Below are positions 14,738-29,278 of a stretch of DNA of 64,000 nucleotides, in pieces; the stretch's first letter is position 1, and every line of letters starts with the position of its first letter. The stretch comes from Octopus vulgaris. Taxonomy: Eukaryota. Under the pieces are notes generated by a model. The model made no database searches and was not told the DNA's origin. It worked only from the letters and a program-made list of their open reading frames with translations. Position numbers and translations under genes: made by a program. The stretch lies in the NCBI GenBank assembly GCA_951406725.2, contig OX597828.1, positions 44,888,001-44,952,000 of the forward strand. The letters are read 5' to 3'.

Positions 14738-14988
14738 GTGGAGACATGCGGGTTAGTGGTTAGAGTATTGGACTCATGATTGTAAGATTGTGGTTTCGAT
14801 TCCTCAGCTGGGCAATGAGTTGTCTTCTTGAGCAAAACCCTTCATTTCACATTGCTCCAATCCACTCAGCTGGCAAAAATGAGTTATCCTGCAACGGATT
14901 GTTGTCCCATCCAGGTGGCTAATATCTCTGCCATGAAACCGAAAAACTGGCACTTATGAGTATGACTTGTGAAGGTTACCGTTCTTTT
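14738..14988 (+). mobile_element. tRNA-derived SINE family D (further copies ~29734-29992 and ~32415-32668)
   Basis: TTAGTGGTTAGAG...GGTTTCGATTCC head, CTTGAGCAAAAC, V-domain-like CCTGC..GGA..GTCCCATCCAGG. Confidence 0.7.
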
Positions 14989-15059
14989 TATAGATCTCAA
15001 TATACTTTATCTGATTTGGCCTGATTAACACTGACCTGTGGCCAAACAATAACAACATC

Positions 15060-15608
15060 AAGAGGCATCAGAAGTTGTGTGCAAGAGAGAAGACTGCACC
15101 AATTTGGTCATGTGAGGCATATGGTTGAGGGCAGCTGCATAAAGAAGTACCAAGCTCTAATTATGGAGAGAACCTATGGAAAGCGTAGACCCAGGAAGAT
15201 ATGGCGCCATGTAGTGAGAAAGGATCTTCAGACACTGGGCCTTGCTGAGGAAATGACAAGGGCCTGGGAGATGTGGCGATTTGCTGTACTTGAGAAAATA
15301 CTTCAAGCTAAGCAAAACCCCTGTCTTCCGCACATACAGGTTCATCCTTTCAGGTGCTGGTGGCACTTAAAAAAGCACCCGTGCCCCTACTGTGTAAATG
15401 CACCCATGTTGGTGGCACATAAAAAGCTCCCAGCACACTCTGTTAAGTGTTGGGCATTAAGAAGAGCATCCAGCTGTAGAAACCATGCCACAAGAGGCAG
15501 TTGGAGTCTGGACGCCTCTCAGCTGGTCAGCTCCATATCAAACCATCCAACCCATGCCGGCATGGAGACTGGACATTAAATGACGAAGATGATGATGATG
15601 ATGATGAT
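15060..15608 (+). pseudogene. 5'-truncated RTE-like LINE (ORF C-terminus plus 3' UTR)
   Basis: QERRLHQFGHVRHM...KRRPRKIWRHVVRKDLQTLGL...WRFAVLEK (RLxWxGHVxR and RGRPxxxW motifs), then family C tail and (GAT)n. Confidence 0.8.
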
Positions 15609-15869
15609 CGACAACATTGTCAACAATGCGCTGGATTCAAGAAATATTATTAAGGACAAAGTTTGTTAAGTCAAATATATGAACGACAGCCACCTTATTG
15701 ATTACCTGCGTTTCAAGAATCGTTAGATGTTGAACGAGTGGTCATCTCAAGGTGAACGGTCGTCACCGTTTCTCCTCTTTTGAGAACAATAAAGAAACGG
15801 ACATCAACTCACTCCTTCTTACTCTTGCCATCACCTAATCTCATTTCCTCCCCTTCTTCCTTCTCTGAC

Positions 15870-16245
15870 TACCACCACCACCACCACCACCACCACCACC
15901 ACCACTACCACCACCACCACCACCAGTACTATTACTACTACAATCACAACAACCGCCTCTACTACTACTATTGCTGCCACCACCACCACCACCACCACCA
16001 CCATCACCACCACCACTACCATCACAACTACCACCACAATCACCACCACCACCGTCGCCGCCACCACCACCACCACCACCACCACCATCACCACCACAAC
16101 TACCACCACAATCACCACCACCACCATCGCCGCCACCACCACCACCACCACCACCATCACCACCACAACTACCACCACAATCACCACCACCACCATCGCT
16201 GCCGTCGCCGCCGCCACCACCACCACCACCACCACCACCACTACC
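15870..16245. repeat. (CAC)n microsatellite with higher-order repeat
   Basis: Directly visible; the interruption pattern recurs three times. Confidence 0.9.
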
Positions 16246-17709
16246 CCCTCCCCTTGTAGTATTCGTTAGACATCAGCTTTATCGATCACTTATTTATTAA
16301 GCTTGAATCTTAGCCAAATTGGCAACAGTGTGGGTGTATGTATGTGTATGTATATACTGGTACACAAAGTGTGTGTGTGTGTGTGTGTGTATCTTTTTGT
16401 GTGTATGTTTGTGTGTGCGTGCATGTGTGTGTGTGTGTGCTTGTAACTGTGTGGATGTGTATCTGTGCATGCGTGTATGCTAGTATGTAGTTGTATACGT
16501 GTTTGGTTGTTTGGATGTGATTGCGTATGTATGCTTTTATGTGGGTGTGTTTTTATATGGTTGTATGCATGTATGCTTGTATGTGAGGGTATGTTGTATT
16601 TGTGTATATTTGTATATAAGTGTATGTGTGTATGTGGGTTTATGTGTGTGCATTTGCATGTGTTATTGTATGCATATTTGTATGAAAATGTATGTATATG
16701 AGTGTGTATTTATTTACGTGTGTTGCGTTGATTCTGTCAAAAGATTTCGTTAAGATTCCACATGTATGTGGTATATGCAACCACTTACATGCTAATTAAA
16801 GGAACAGGTAGTTCAGGTGATCAAACATCTAAATACTTGTCGATAAAATCGAGACAAATCCATTCTTTTCACTTTAAAAAACTGAGATCTTCCATGGTAA
16901 GTTACCTGCCAACTGAAGACTAGGATCCTATCCCGGATGAACATTTATATGTACCACACTTAATCTATGTTTCAAGATGTAAATATTACCCTAACTCACA
17001 TGTTACTTTGTGTTTCAGGAACATCTTTAGATATAATTTCTTACTGGCTGTGTGGTAAGAAGCTTGCCTCCCAACCACAAGGCTCCAGGTTCCGTCTCAG
17101 TGCATGGAACCTTGGGAAAGTGTCTGCTATTATAGCTATGGACTGACAAAAGCCTTTTGAGTGGATTTGATAGACAAAAACTGAAAGAAGCTCGTTGTGT
17201 GTGTGTGTGTGTGTATGTGCTTGTATGTATATATATATATATACAGAGTGGTTGGCGTTAGGAAGGGCATCCAGCTGTAGAAACATTGCCAGATTAGACT
17301 GGAGCCTGGTGCAGCCTTCTGGCTTCCCAGAACCCCGGTCGAACCGTCCAACCCATGCTAGCATGGAGAACGGACGTTAAACGATGATGATGATGATGAT
17401 GATGATATCTAGATGTATGTATGTATATATATATATATATATATATATGGTGTTTTATGGGAATTCATGGAAAGAGTATCCCATAGAAACTCAACAAATA
17501 TGTTAAAAATGAAGAAGAGAAAATGTTAATATCATTTCAAACAGTGATATTAATCATGTAAATAACATGGTAGAATAATTATAATTAATTTGATTAATTT
17601 AAATTAACTACATATCACGTTTTCTTCAGTGCAAGAAGTATACAACAATAGTCATTATTATCACAGGACACTTGATGAAGGAGACAACAGATAACAAATT
17701 CGGATATAT

Positions 17710-17944
17710 AGGCGCAGGAGTGGCTGTGTGGTAAGTAGCTTGCTAACCAACCACATGGTTCCGGGTTCAGTCCCACTGCGCGGCATCTTGGACAAGTGTC
17801 TTCTGCTATATCCCGGGCCGACCAATGCCTTGTGAGTGGATTTGGTAGACGGAAACTGAAAGTAGCTTGTCGTATATATATATATGTGTGTATGTGTGTG
17901 TGTTTGTGTGTCTGTGTTTGTCCCCCCTAGCATTGCTTGACAAC
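17710..17944 (+). mobile_element. SINE family A, 3' truncated and fused to a Tc1 remnant
   Basis: Matches family A up to CATTGCTTGACAAC. Confidence 0.85.
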
Positions 17945-18531
17945 GGGTATACTGGCCAAGTATACCTATGGAGACAGCCAAAAGAAGCATTTGACCCAAA
18001 CTGCCTTCTTCCAACTGTTAAACATGGGATGACCTAGTGGGGTGGGGTGCTATATCTTAGAAATCCACAGGCCCAATGGTTTCTCTTCATGGCAGAATTA
18101 ACACTCAAGACTATTTAAGCATTTTGTCTGATCAAATTCATCGTATGGTTGCGGAAACGCAATCTTTCAGGATGATAATACACCAATTTACATAGCTAAA
18201 GTTGTTACTGAATGGTGCGAGGAACATTCTAGTGAAGTTGAACATCTTATCTGGCCACCGCAGTCCCCATATCTCAATATTATTGAACATTTATGGTGCA
18301 TTTTAGAAAAACAAGTAAGGAGTCGATATCCTCTACCATCATCCCTACAAGAACTGCAGACTGTTTTAGCTGAAGAATGGACAAAAATTCCTTTGGAAAC
18401 AATTCAATCTTTGTACAAGTCTATACCTCATAGAATTCAAGCTGTAATTACTGCCAAAGGCAGTCCTAACCCATATTAAAATATATTTATTTAAAATTTT
18501 ATGATGTTTCCATTATTTTGTCCAACCCCTG
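17945..18531 (+). pseudogene. Tc1-family transposase 3' half with right TIR, D36E spacing
   Basis: VYLWRQPKEAFDPNCLLPTVKHG...IFQDDNTP...WPPQSPYLNIIEHLW...TAKGSPNPY* (stop 18477-18479); TIR TTTCCATTATTTTGTCCAACCCCTG followed by TA; missed by the ORF track. Confidence 0.85.
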
Positions 18532-18533
18532 TA

Positions 18534-18732
18534 TATGACTAACAAAAATACATTAGTGTCAATTCATTATGGCTGTTTCAAGTGACTCTTTTAATTGATC
18601 AATGAAAGCATTATCATCATTACAAAGACAACGGTTCTCTTTGAAATGATGTAATGCTTTCATTGATCAATTAAAAAGAGTTGCTTGAAACAGCCATAAT
18701 GAATTGACTCCTGTACATCTTTGTTACTCATT
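18534..18732. repeat. Long imperfect palindrome (~90-bp arms)
   Basis: GTCAATTCATTATGGCTGTTTCAAG...GAAAGCATTA / TAATGCTTTC...CTTGAAACAGCCATAATGAATTGAC. Confidence 0.85.
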
Positions 18733-18749
18733 TATATTTTACTCACCTA

Positions 18750-18981
18750 AGGCGGCAAGCTGGCAGAAACGTTAGCACACCGGGCGAAATGCGTAGCCGT
18801 ATTTCATCTGTCCTTACGTTCCGAGTTCAAGTTCCGCCGAGGTCGACTTTGCCTTTCATCCTTTCGGGGTCGATATATTAAGTACCAGTTACGCACTGGG
18901 GTCGATGTAATCGACTTAATTTCTTTGTCTGTCCTTGTTTGTCCCCTCTGTGTTTGGCCCCTTGTGGGTAGTAAAGAAATA
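18750..18981 (+). mobile_element. SINE family B
   Basis: Near-identical to the 1541 copy; flanked by imperfect tatattttact repeats. Confidence 0.85.
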
Positions 18982-19069
18982 TATATTTTACTAACCTACC
19001 CTGGAATCTAGACTTTGGAAGTATTTGGAAAGTAACATTATATAAAGTACATGTCTGAACAAAAAACAA

Positions 19070-19456
19070 GAGCGGATAATTCTCGGCCACATACAGACAG
19101 GATGACATTCAAAGGGCTGGAGCTGTTAGAATGGGAAACGATGCCCCCCCCCCCCCCCCACCCCACCATATTCACCAAACATTGCGTCATCTGATTATCA
19201 TTCATTCTGAAGTCTTCGAAAACATTTGGACAGAAAAAACATGAATTCTGTAGATGAGGTCAGAACAGTCAGTACTGGAGGAACATTTTTCATCACAGAC
19301 AGGTGAATTTTGGAAGAGGAGCCTTGCAAGTCTACCTGACAGATGGAAGAGCATTGTAGAAAATAAAGGAGAGTATATTTTAGATTTTTAGGTTAAAAAA
19401 GATTTTTTTAAATAAAAGAAGTATATAAAAACCGCATTATTTATGGGCTGACCCTA
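19070..19456 (+). pseudogene. Mariner transposase C-terminal remnant with right TIR
   Basis: LEWETMP(polyC)HPPYSPNIASSDYH...EFWKRSLASLPDRWKSIVENKGEYILD; end CCGCATTATTTATGGGCTGACCC runs into (TA)n. Confidence 0.75.
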
Positions 19457-19484
19457 TATATTTATATATATATAAATATATTTG

Positions 19485-19671
<187 letters not shown>

Positions 19672-19693
19672 TATATATATGTATACAGATAAA

Positions 19694-19731
<38 letters not shown>

Positions 19732-20047
19732 ACAGTCATTATAATTATTAAAGAAGTTGATTGGCAGAATAATTAGAAAGTCATCCCATTTTTGATATTG
19801 TCCATCAGCTTGATCAGGCCTGTCCTGCTGCTAAACAGCAACACTTATTAAATTGAAACCAGACATAAATATGAAACACAACAATAAACAAATGATGTTT
19901 ACACAAACCATTTATTCATTTCATTTTCGACTGAGAATAAAATCAACTTGAATTTCATCCCCCATTTGAGTGACAGGTGAGTGACTACCTGTCTGCTTCT
20001 GTTTCTTTCTGTCTGTCTGTCTTATTGATGTCTGTGTCACAAATAGT

Positions 20048-20360
20048 TACTCTTTTACTCTTTTATTCTTTTACTTGTATCAGTCATTTGACTGCGGCCA
20101 TGCTGGAGCACCGCCTTTAGTCGAGCAAATCGACCCCGGGACTTATTCTTTGTAAGCCCAGTACTTATTCTAGGGGTCTCTTTTTGCCGAACCGCTAAGT
20201 GACGGGGACGTAAATACACCAGCATCGGTTGTCAAGCAATGCTAGGGGAACAAACACAGACACACAAACGCATACACACACATACATATATATATATATA
20301 TACATATATACGACAGGCTTCTTTCAGTTTCCATCTACCAAATCCACTCACAAGGCATTT
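20048..20360 (-). mobile_element. SINE family A, 3' two-thirds
   Basis: Matches family A. Confidence 0.85.
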
Positions 20361-20763
20361 GGGTTTTTGAAACAGCTGTAAAGTTTTATTTTCCTCTCAT
20401 AACTTGAATATGTATACATATAACAACTCATATACATGAATTACTTCCACCTATAATTGCTTGTCCATCTTCCCTCTTTCTCTCTCTCATATATTTATAT
20501 ATACTCCTTTAAACCCACATGAAACATAATATATATATATATATATATTCTATGTGAGTTTAGCGAGATATATTATTCAGGTGGTTACCATGGTAGCTCT
20601 CATTTGTGTTCCAGGTTATGACTAACCACATCGATTACTATTTAACATCTATGACTACTAAGAGTTACAATACATTTTTTATCTTTTACTTGATTCAGTC
20701 ATGCTGGGGTATCACCTTGAATGGTTTTTAATCGAACAAATCAATGTTTATGTGTGTGTGTGA

Positions 20764-20795
<32 letters not shown>

Positions 20796-20866
20796 ATCAA
20801 ATAAAATGAGGCAAAAAAACCCAAGGCAGTGTGAAATTTCTAGGACAATTTATAAATAAAAAGGTA

Positions 20867-20914
20867 GTCTTACAGCTGTTTCAGGGATATAAAAGATATC
20901 TTATCATCAGGGAC
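20867..20914 (-). ncRNA. Type-I hammerhead motif (palindromic helix III ACAGCUGU)
   Basis: Minus strand gtcc-CTGATGA-taa GATAT ctttt ATATC cct-GAA-ACAGCTGT-A-agac. Confidence 0.6.
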
Positions 20915-21401
20915 AATATGAGAGTTGAATAGAAGGAAATAGTAGAGTTATTTTGGAAAGGGAAAGATTTAGGGAGTATAAAAGGGAATATAAGAATAAA
21001 AATAAAGATATATGTTAGATGTTAAACTTGCAGTTCCATTATCCAAGGAATGTGTTGTGTAGAATGGGTAAAAAGGCTTCTTGTCCATGGTATGTAAGCT
21101 CTGATAGGAGTTCATCTTTTGTTATTACAAATGGATAGTGTGCAGGTATTAATTCTATTGATTCCATGTGGTGCTCATTCAAAGGCTTCTTGTAGTGTAA
21201 ATAATGCCTTTTGGATCTTCTGGATACCAAAACCTCTCTCTCACACATGCGCGCACGCATGTAATCAACTTGTCCCTCCCTACAAATTGCTGACCTTGTG
21301 CCAAAATTTGAAATCAATATACATACATATATATATATATATTGACATACATATAACTGTGTGTGTGTCTGTGTGTATGTGAGTGTGTGTGTATGTGTGT
21401 G

Positions 21402-21469
<68 letters not shown>

Positions 21470-21591
21470 AAATGTATGTATGTATAGAATTAGTCATTTT
21501 AGAATTCAGTTTAAAATTATTTCTGGCTGATCCCTCAAGGGGAAATTTCCTAAAAATACGTTTCAACAAAATATGTAAAATAATCAGAAAC

Positions 21592-21632
<41 letters not shown>

Positions 21633-21831
21633 CCACTGCTGTAGCTGAGGATTTATAAAATGCTTTTTTCATTAAAAAATTAATAATGAATACTTAGAAT
21701 TAATAATAATTATTATTTCTGAAGCAATAAGACCAGTAACATCAACAACAGCAACAATGATGTTAAATACTACACGAACTGAAAAATATATTAAACAAGT
21801 TAAAAGTATATCCGTTCAAAACAGTAACAAG

Positions 21832-21915
<84 letters not shown>

Positions 21916-23315
21916 TGATAAATAAAAAAGACCATTCTTTACATTCAAGACTTTGACTTGTGGCCAACTTTACATTTGAATAACTACCCACTTTAATTTC
22001 TGCCTTCTAATGAAGAATTCTTATTAATTGTATACATAAAATTAATTGCTACCTGTCGGTGGAAAATGTTAAATGATCTTTCATTTATTTTTGGAAAATT
22101 GCTTTGGGACTTTTATAAATTATTTTTATGCTTTATTATTTTGTTTTATGTTTACGTTTTTGCATGACCTGTTCTATTAAATGGTTTTTGCATAAAGTTA
22201 CTGAAACTACAAGAATTAAGAATGGTAGTGGGAATTTGGCATAGCTTGTAAATATTTTTTTGCTTTTTATTCAAAGAATTTGTGTCCATTCATTCATCAT
22301 CATTGCCTGCTTAACATCCACTTTTTGATGCTTGCATGGGTTTGATGGAATTAGCTGAGTCAGATAATTTTCCTACAGCCAGATGCTCTTCCTGTTGCCG
22401 ACCATCACTTGTTTCCGAGCAAGATGACATTTTACTTATCTAGATATGTTTTTCATGGAAGTCGGGAAACAGACGCTTCGCTTGTATGCAAATGACACTC
22501 ACAATCAGCACACAATGTCAAGACGTGATTACACACTCACTCACTTACACACACACACACACACACACACACGTGCACATGCACAAACACACACACACAC
22601 ACATGTAGCAAAAGGAAATGGAAATAAAGAAAGCTTCTAACGATGCAGAAAGTTTTATTATGTAAAGAAAACGTTTATATTTTGAGCATAAAGACCCATC
22701 TTCAGGAGGAAGTAGTCCAAGAAATGTCTAGTAACATCGGCTTAGGTATTTTATTTTAAACTGCTCAGTGTTATGATGTATTTTCATGTTTAGGCAATGT
22801 TGTTGACATATGTTATGATGTTGGTCATGGTCGCTGTGATGTATACAAAACCAAGTGGCACTCAGCCAGTTATGATGCAAAGGGTTCCAGCTGATCCAAC
22901 AAATGGAACAGCCTGCTCATGAAATTAACGAGCAAATGGCTGAGTACTCCACAGACATGCATAAATTATAATGCAGTTCTTAAGAAGATTCTGTATGACA
23001 CAAAATGTGACAAGGTTGGCCCTTTGAAATACATGTTCATCTAGAGCAAGATGAAATAAAGTGTCTTGCTCAAGGACACAAAATGACATCAGGAATCATA
23101 CATGACCTTATGACCAAGAACCAAATACACCTAACCACTAAGACACTGTGTATGTGCGTATGTGTGTGTCTACCACCTTCCAAGTGTTTCCTCTGCAATT
23201 AAAGATCAGCACCTCTTGATGCAATTGTCTTCATTCATACACATTACATGGCCATGCCAGCACTACACCCAATGCTTTGCCACAGTCTTCTTTCTTGCAT
23301 GGTGCAGTCTTCTCT

Positions 23316-23317
<2 letters not shown>

Positions 23318-23346
<29 letters not shown>

Positions 23347-23790
23347 CCATCGTTTAACGTCCGATTTCCATGCTGGCATGGATTGGATGGTTTGATTGAG
23401 GTCTAGAGAGCTGGTGGCTGCACCAGGCTCTATTCTGATCTGGCAGTGTTTCTACCGCTGGATGCCCTTCATAAAGCCAACCACTCCAAGAGCGTAGTTT
23501 GTTCTTTTTATGTGCCACCAGCACAGGGGCCAGTCAAGTGGCCCTGGCATCAGTCACATTCAGATAGTGCTTTTTACATGCCACCAGCATAGCAGTCAGT
23601 CAGGGAGTACTGGCATTGGCCACGTTTGGATGGTACTATTTATGTGCTACCAGTACGGGAGCCAGTCAGATAACCCTGGCATCAATCACGTTCTGATAGT
23701 GCTTTTTACATGCCACCCTCTCAGGAGCCAGTCAGGAGGCCCTGGCATTGACCGCATTTAGATAGTGCTTTTTACGTGCCACTGGCATAG
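23318..23790 (-). mobile_element. RTE-like family C 3' UTR with ~5-6 tandem units
   Basis: (CAT)n tail and repeated GTGCTTTTTACRTGCCACC units. Confidence 0.75.
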
Positions 23791-24077
23791 AAAAAACACA
23801 CTTGTCCATTTATCGAGTGGGACTGAACTGAAAACCACACAGTTGCAAAGCAAACTTCTTAACCACACAGCCACACAGAATTCAAATTGAAACTAGGATT
23901 AAATACAACTGTATCTTGACTAATACCGAAGGACATGTTCCATTTCTTAGATGTTTTTTGCCTAAAAATAATGAACCTTACTTAATTTAAATTGTCAACT
24001 GTTTATTGATCATAAAATAGGACTCCTCAGTTCAACAATGCTTTTCATATTATTTTAAATTTATATAAAGCTTTATA

Positions 24078-24470
24078 GGCGCAGGAGTGGCTGTGTGGTA
24101 AGTAGCTTGCTAACCAACGTGGCATCTTGGGCAAGTGTCTTCTGCTATAGCCCCGGGCCGACCAATGCCTTGTGAGTGGATTTGGTAGACGAAAACTGAA
24201 AGAAGCCTGTCGTATATATGTATATATATATATGTGTATGTGTGTGTGTGTTTGTGTGTGTGTGCTTCTTCCCCTAGCATTGCTTGACAACCGATGCTGG
24301 TGTGTTTACGTCCCCGTCACTTAGCGGTTCGGCAAAAAGAGACCGATAGAATAAGTACTGGGCTTACAAAAAGAATAAGTCCAGGGGTCGATTTGCTCGA
24401 CTAAAGGCGGTGCACCAGCATGGCCGCAGTCAAATGACTGAAATGAGTAAAAGAGTAAAAGAGAAAAGAG
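24078..24470 (+). mobile_element. SINE family A (deletion across the B box)
   Basis: Matches family A. Confidence 0.85.
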
Positions 24471-24956
24471 AATATGAATTTATATATGGCTATTTTAATT
24501 TTCCTTTTAGTCATTATAATATTTCAATATAATTCAATATTTTATTTATTCTTTCTTTATTGCTTTTATTTTTTTAATCTATTTAGTTATATATTTGTAT
24601 TGTGATTTTGAACATCAGTATATAAATAAGCATAAATACAAATGCTCATACCTGCCCACGTGTGTATATACATAGATGTATGTATGTGTGTATGCATGCA
24701 TATATTATACATCTGCACACATATATATACACACATATTTTGCAGTCTATGTGTGTAAATATATATATATATACACACATATTTATATATACATATATAT
24801 ACATATACACATACATATATACATACATATATGTTCCTATATATATATACATATGTATACATATATATATAAAAGCAAAACTGAAGAATTGGTTCATAAA
24901 TGATTCACACACACACACACACACACACACGTGTGTATCTCTCTCTATATATATCT

Positions 24957-25061
<105 letters not shown>

Positions 25062-25075
25062 TATGTATATGTATG

Positions 25076-25107
<32 letters not shown>

Positions 25108-25197
25108 ATATATAAATATATATATATGAATATATATGTGTATATATATATATATACATATATATATATACATGTATATATATGTATGTATACATAC

Positions 25198-25311
<114 letters not shown>

Positions 25312-25726
25312 ATATGTATGTATGTATGTATGTATGTACGTATATATTTGCATCTAAGTTTTGTTGACTTAGTCCCAACTGAACCATTAAATAAACATTC
25401 TACCCTCTACAAAAATCCGAAAACAATTTTATTAAAAACCTTTCCTAATTTTATAGTCTCGAAACCAAAAAAAAAAATTAAAAAACAAAAACTAGAAAGC
25501 CATTGTAGTGGCATTGTTGAATTTTCTACGATGTGCCACACACAAATATTCCCATCCACCCCACCACCAGTAACAACAATATCAACAACAACAACAACAA
25601 CAGCAACAAAACTATTGGTAACCCCTTAACTATTGTTATCTTGTAATAATGCTTGCCTCTTTTTATATTCTGCTGAATAATGTATTGTTTGTAGCACTAT
25701 ATAAAAATATTTAGTGTATTATATCC

Positions 25727-26079
<353 letters not shown>

Positions 26080-26606
26080 GTTATACTCACTATTGTCGTA
26101 AACACTCTGATATCTCTTGATAAGTTTAACGGTACTATCTCAACTTTAGTAACCTATATGGCAAGTGGTTGTTGGTGTTGTTATTGCTTGTTTGTTTTTA
26201 ATTACTTTTTGATTTTATTTATTTTATTTTATTTCATAAAAAAAAATTTTTTTTAAAGATATATATCAACTTAATATTCAATTTATCTACTTTTGTGAGC
26301 ATTTGTGTGTGTGTGTGTGTGTGTTTGTGTGTGTGCCCGTGTGCGTGTGTTTGTGCATGTGTGTCTGTTTGTGTATATTTCTTTTATTCTTTTTTTCGTG
26401 TTTCGGTCATTTGACTATGGTCACACTGGGGAACTGCCTCAAATGATTTTAGTTGAACAAATCGATTCTAGGACTTATGTTTTAAGCCTGGTACTTCATC
26501 GATTGATCTCTTTTCCCAAACTGCTAAGTCACAGGGACGTAAACACCAACACAAAGATACACATAGACACACACACACACACACACACACATGCATACAT
26601 ATATAT

Positions 26607-26637
<31 letters not shown>

Positions 26638-27177
26638 CATATATGCCAGGCTTCTTTCAGTTTCTCTCAACCAAATCCACTCACAAGGCTTTGGATGGCC
26701 CAAGTCTATAGTAGAAGATACTTGCCCAAAGTGCCACCCAGTGAGACTGAACTAAGCACCATGTGGTTTGGAGGCAAGCTTCTTACCACACAGCCATGCC
26801 TGTGCCTATATATATAATAATGTTTAGCAGAAGCAACAGACTTATTCAAGGGCCGATAGTTTCATGCTTTATCACTTACACTTGGTAAGTACCAGCAAAC
26901 AAAATTCTCTGCCCATAACTCACTCTTTTGCTTCTACGACATGTATTTAAACAAAATATACTTACACTCTAGAGAGGGTCATTAACAAGTGCACTGGTTC
27001 AAATCCACTTCTTTGTTATTAATCAATTGGTTAGATACCCAACTAAGTAATCAATTGTTTCTTTAATGTGGTTAAAGAGTAACTCATTTGTTTTTTTTTT
27101 GTCAAAGTTTTTTTGTTGTTAGTTGTAACCTTTTCAAAACGAATGACTGTTTAACCAAATTCAGCAAATAATCGATT

Positions 27178-27736
27178 TGTAAAGGGAACTGGTTGCTTCT
27201 TTACACTTTTGGGGTGCAACTTGGGTGCAACACAATTTCCTTTCTTTTAGTTTCTAGAAAGTACCGGTCGGTAACAAAACGCAACTTTAAAAATATATAC
27301 GATTCTTTATTCTCTTATTCACAAATGAAGCACGATGGTATACTGGTATCCACCTAGTTCAACACAGCAAGGCTGAATTCTAACGTTTGTAAGATTCTTA
27401 CAACAATTCAGCAGCAATAGAACAGGTCAAATCCTAAGCGTCTAGGACAGGAGAATAGGCTGATCACACGTTTAAAAATACGTCCTTTCTCTTCTATCGC
27501 CGTGTCTCAAGTCAACGACGCTATTAAGGAACGCGATAGAATTTCTTCCCCAGTCTCTAGTGCATGTGCATGAGGGAACTTCCTTATGTCTATCCAAAAG
27601 GTTCCAGAAGGTTCCAACCCCGCACACGCACACTGAAGAAGGACGTTCCACACACGCACACTGAAGAATACATTCCGCACACGCACACTGAAGAATGACG
27701 CTGCGTGTGCGCACACTGGAATATGACGTCACTACA
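27178..27736 (-). mobile_element. Probable solo LTR (559 bp)
   Basis: TGTA...TACA termini, flanks gatt/aatt (3/4 match, possible 4-bp TSD), minus-strand AATAAA near 27305, ~27-bp tandem repeats in the U3-like part. Confidence 0.5.
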
Positions 27737-27771
27737 AATTAATTAGTTGGGTATTTAACCAATTGACTAAT

Positions 27772-27990
27772 GATCCTTTCTGCTGAAGGCACAAGGCCTG
27801 ACATTTGGGGGAAGGGGACTAATTGATTACACCAACCCCAGTGTTTCACTGCTACTTAATTTATCGACCCTGAAAGTATGAAAGACAAAGCTGACCTCGG
27901 CAGAATGTGAACTCAGAAAGAAGCAAAGGGTAAAATACCACTAAGTATTTGGTCCAGCATGCTAACGATTCTGCCAGCTCGCTGCCTTAG
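27772..27990 (-). mobile_element. SINE family B variant
   Basis: 14-bp TSD accaattgactaat at 27758-27771 and 27991-28004. Confidence 0.8.
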
Positions 27991-28473
27991 ACCAATTGAC
28001 TAATAACAAAGGAGTGGAACTGAACCAATATTGGCATAATGGGTCTCTCTAGATACAACCAAATTTGTTTCAACACGTGAAATCCCTACAATTGTTTCAA
28101 CACATTTTTACATTCATAGTACACTAGTGAGGTGTGTAATCATTATTGGTGAGACATTGGGCATAATGGCAAAAAGTGATTTGATGGAGGTTTAGCTGTG
28201 ATTTCTAGCATGAAATCTTTCTCATTGGCTCATAAATCTGTCACAGTGAAGTCATTTTATGATTTCTTTAGCCATCATTCATTCCATAAGTCTTTATTAC
28301 TAAATAAATCTTGTCTTACTTTTATTTTTGTAATTAAATTTTCTCATTAATATCGGCTTTATCTTTTTTGCATTTAAATTTTCTGTTATTTATTTGGTAC
28401 ATTTGAAAATCTTGATTCGTCATTATTTTTTTTTTACAAAAATGGCACAATCTCTGTGGGAAATCATTATCTT

Positions 28474-28623
<150 letters not shown>

Positions 28624-28715
28624 TAGATATAAATGTGTACACGTCTTCATATGTGTATACACACACACACACTTACATACATGCACACGTATATATATGT
28701 GTGTGTGTGGGTGTG

Positions 28716-28780
<65 letters not shown>

Positions 28781-28932
28781 ATGTATGTATATATGCACAC
28801 ATATATATACATAATTCATGATCAATCTATATTGTATTTATCCCACCTATTTCAGTCTTCATTCTGAAATTATCTTTAAATATCTTTCCAGAGGACAGTT
28901 GTTGTTATTGTTTATTACTACTACTACTACTG

Positions 28933-29003
<71 letters not shown>

Positions 29004-29039
29004 ACTACTACTACTACTACCACCACCACCACCACCACC

Positions 29040-29070
<31 letters not shown>

Positions 29071-29278
29071 TTATTATATTTGACTTGCATTGTGTGTAGG
29101 TGTCATTTTGCATTTCTCTTTGGGGCCATTTCGTTCAAACATTACCAAATGAAATTTTCTTTGGAGTGCTTTCTAGAAAGAAGTATAATTGCCCAAGGAG
29201 GGGGACCGTCCTCAATGCCCTGGGATGCACAACAGAGAAATAAAATGTGGTTTGTTTCACCACAGGAGTGGCTGCATA

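Larger units (their letters stand above)
26968..28053. mobile_element. Non-autonomous TIR element (~85-bp diverged TIRs) hosting a solo LTR and a SINE
   Basis: TCTAGAGAGGGTCATTA...TTTGTTATTAATCAATTGGTTAGATACCCAACTAA versus TTAGTTGGGTATTTAACCAATTGACTAATAACAAAG...TAATGGGTCTCTCTAGA. Confidence 0.6.

Noticed and set aside
15706-15776. Minus-strand exon candidate (CAG|gtaatc donor)
   Set aside because: Weak AAG acceptor and stops in all three frames; can only be UTR or terminal, unsupported
15971-16300. Extensin/formin-like poly-proline ORF
   Set aside because: It is a (CAC)n tract with no unique coding flanks or convincing splice sites
21039-21240. Possible GIY-YIG coding remnant next to the 20867 hammerhead
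   Set aside because: No recognisable motif in the minus-strand frames
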